Shown one piece after another: positions 6,582-6,846 of a stretch of DNA of 6,846 nucleotides. How positions within the stretch are numbered: position 1 is the stretch's first letter; the number at the start of each line of letters is the position of its first letter. The notes beneath the pieces were generated by a model. It did not search any database. It saw only the letters and a list, made by a program, of their open reading frames with translations, and had not been told where the DNA came from. The DNA is from Zygophlyctis sp. KS116 (taxonomy: Eukaryota; Fungi; Chytridiomycota), in NCBI GenBank assembly GCA_054661495.1, contig BAAFSQ010000426.1:1-6846 (forward strand), in the 5' to 3' direction. The position numbers and the translations under genes are program-made.

Positions 6582-6846
6582 TTATTCGATAAAATTTTCA
6601 ATCGCTGGAAAATTGTTTCTGTACTCATCAATCCATGCCTTTAGTTTCCTTTCCTTTGATGCGTCAACCTTTCTTACAAAGAAATACCATCCAGACTCAT
6701 TAAATATTGAATGATCGCCGTCATGTAATGTTTGAGGATGTGATTCGCCAGGAAGAAAATTGATAAAATGTGATATGATCATGTCCGAAATATGCAATTC
6801 GGGTGAATAGCCTAGCATTGAAAAAAAAGATTCATCGGGCAACAGA
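6582..6846 (-). CDS. C-terminus of a probable GT14 (Core-2/I-branching, xylosyltransferase-like) glycosyltransferase; 5' part lies outside the window
   Basis: LLPDESFF resembles the GT14 P-x-E-S-F-F motif and YFFVRKVD resembles the FFARKF motif, in the expected order. Only about 87 aa are visible. Confidence 0.65.
   Translation of the reverse strand, partial: LLPDESFFSMLGYSPELHISDMIISHFINFLPGESHPQTLHDGDHSIFNESGWYFFVRKVDASKERKLKAWIDEYRNNFPAIENFIE

Noticed and set aside
6453-6644. 63-aa + strand ORF
   Set aside because: Antisense to the UTP21 start and GT14 end; non-ATG start and no motifs.

Overview
Eukaryotic, not prokaryotic. This is an extremely compact, AT-rich nuclear region. Rac and Utp21 look fungal, so it is probably an early-diverging fungus or relative (inference only). 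The fragmented ORF track is explained by 15 tiny GT-AG spliceosomal introns of 24-30 nt. Removing them by hand gives complete RPS9/uS4 (+), SF3B5 (+), Rac1 (-, 192 aa) and UTP21/WDR36 (-, 864 aa), plus two partial genes at the edges: a signal-anchor protein (-) and a GT14 glycosyltransferase C-terminus (-). Between Rac1 and UTP21 lies an intronless, bacterial-like endonuclease/exonuclease/phosphatase (EEP) gene with a signal peptide and one in-frame TAA at a conserved Glu. Main observations: (1) a micro-intron grammar with no pyrimidine tract, 7/15 AAG acceptors, a putative branch A mostly at -8 and skipped proximal AGs; (2) a decayed duplicate of the UTP21 3' end in front of Rac1, so the EEP gene is bracketed by direct repeats, suggesting an insertion scar retained as the Rac1 promoter; (3) a 16-nt tandem repeat array in the RPS9 bidirectional promoter.
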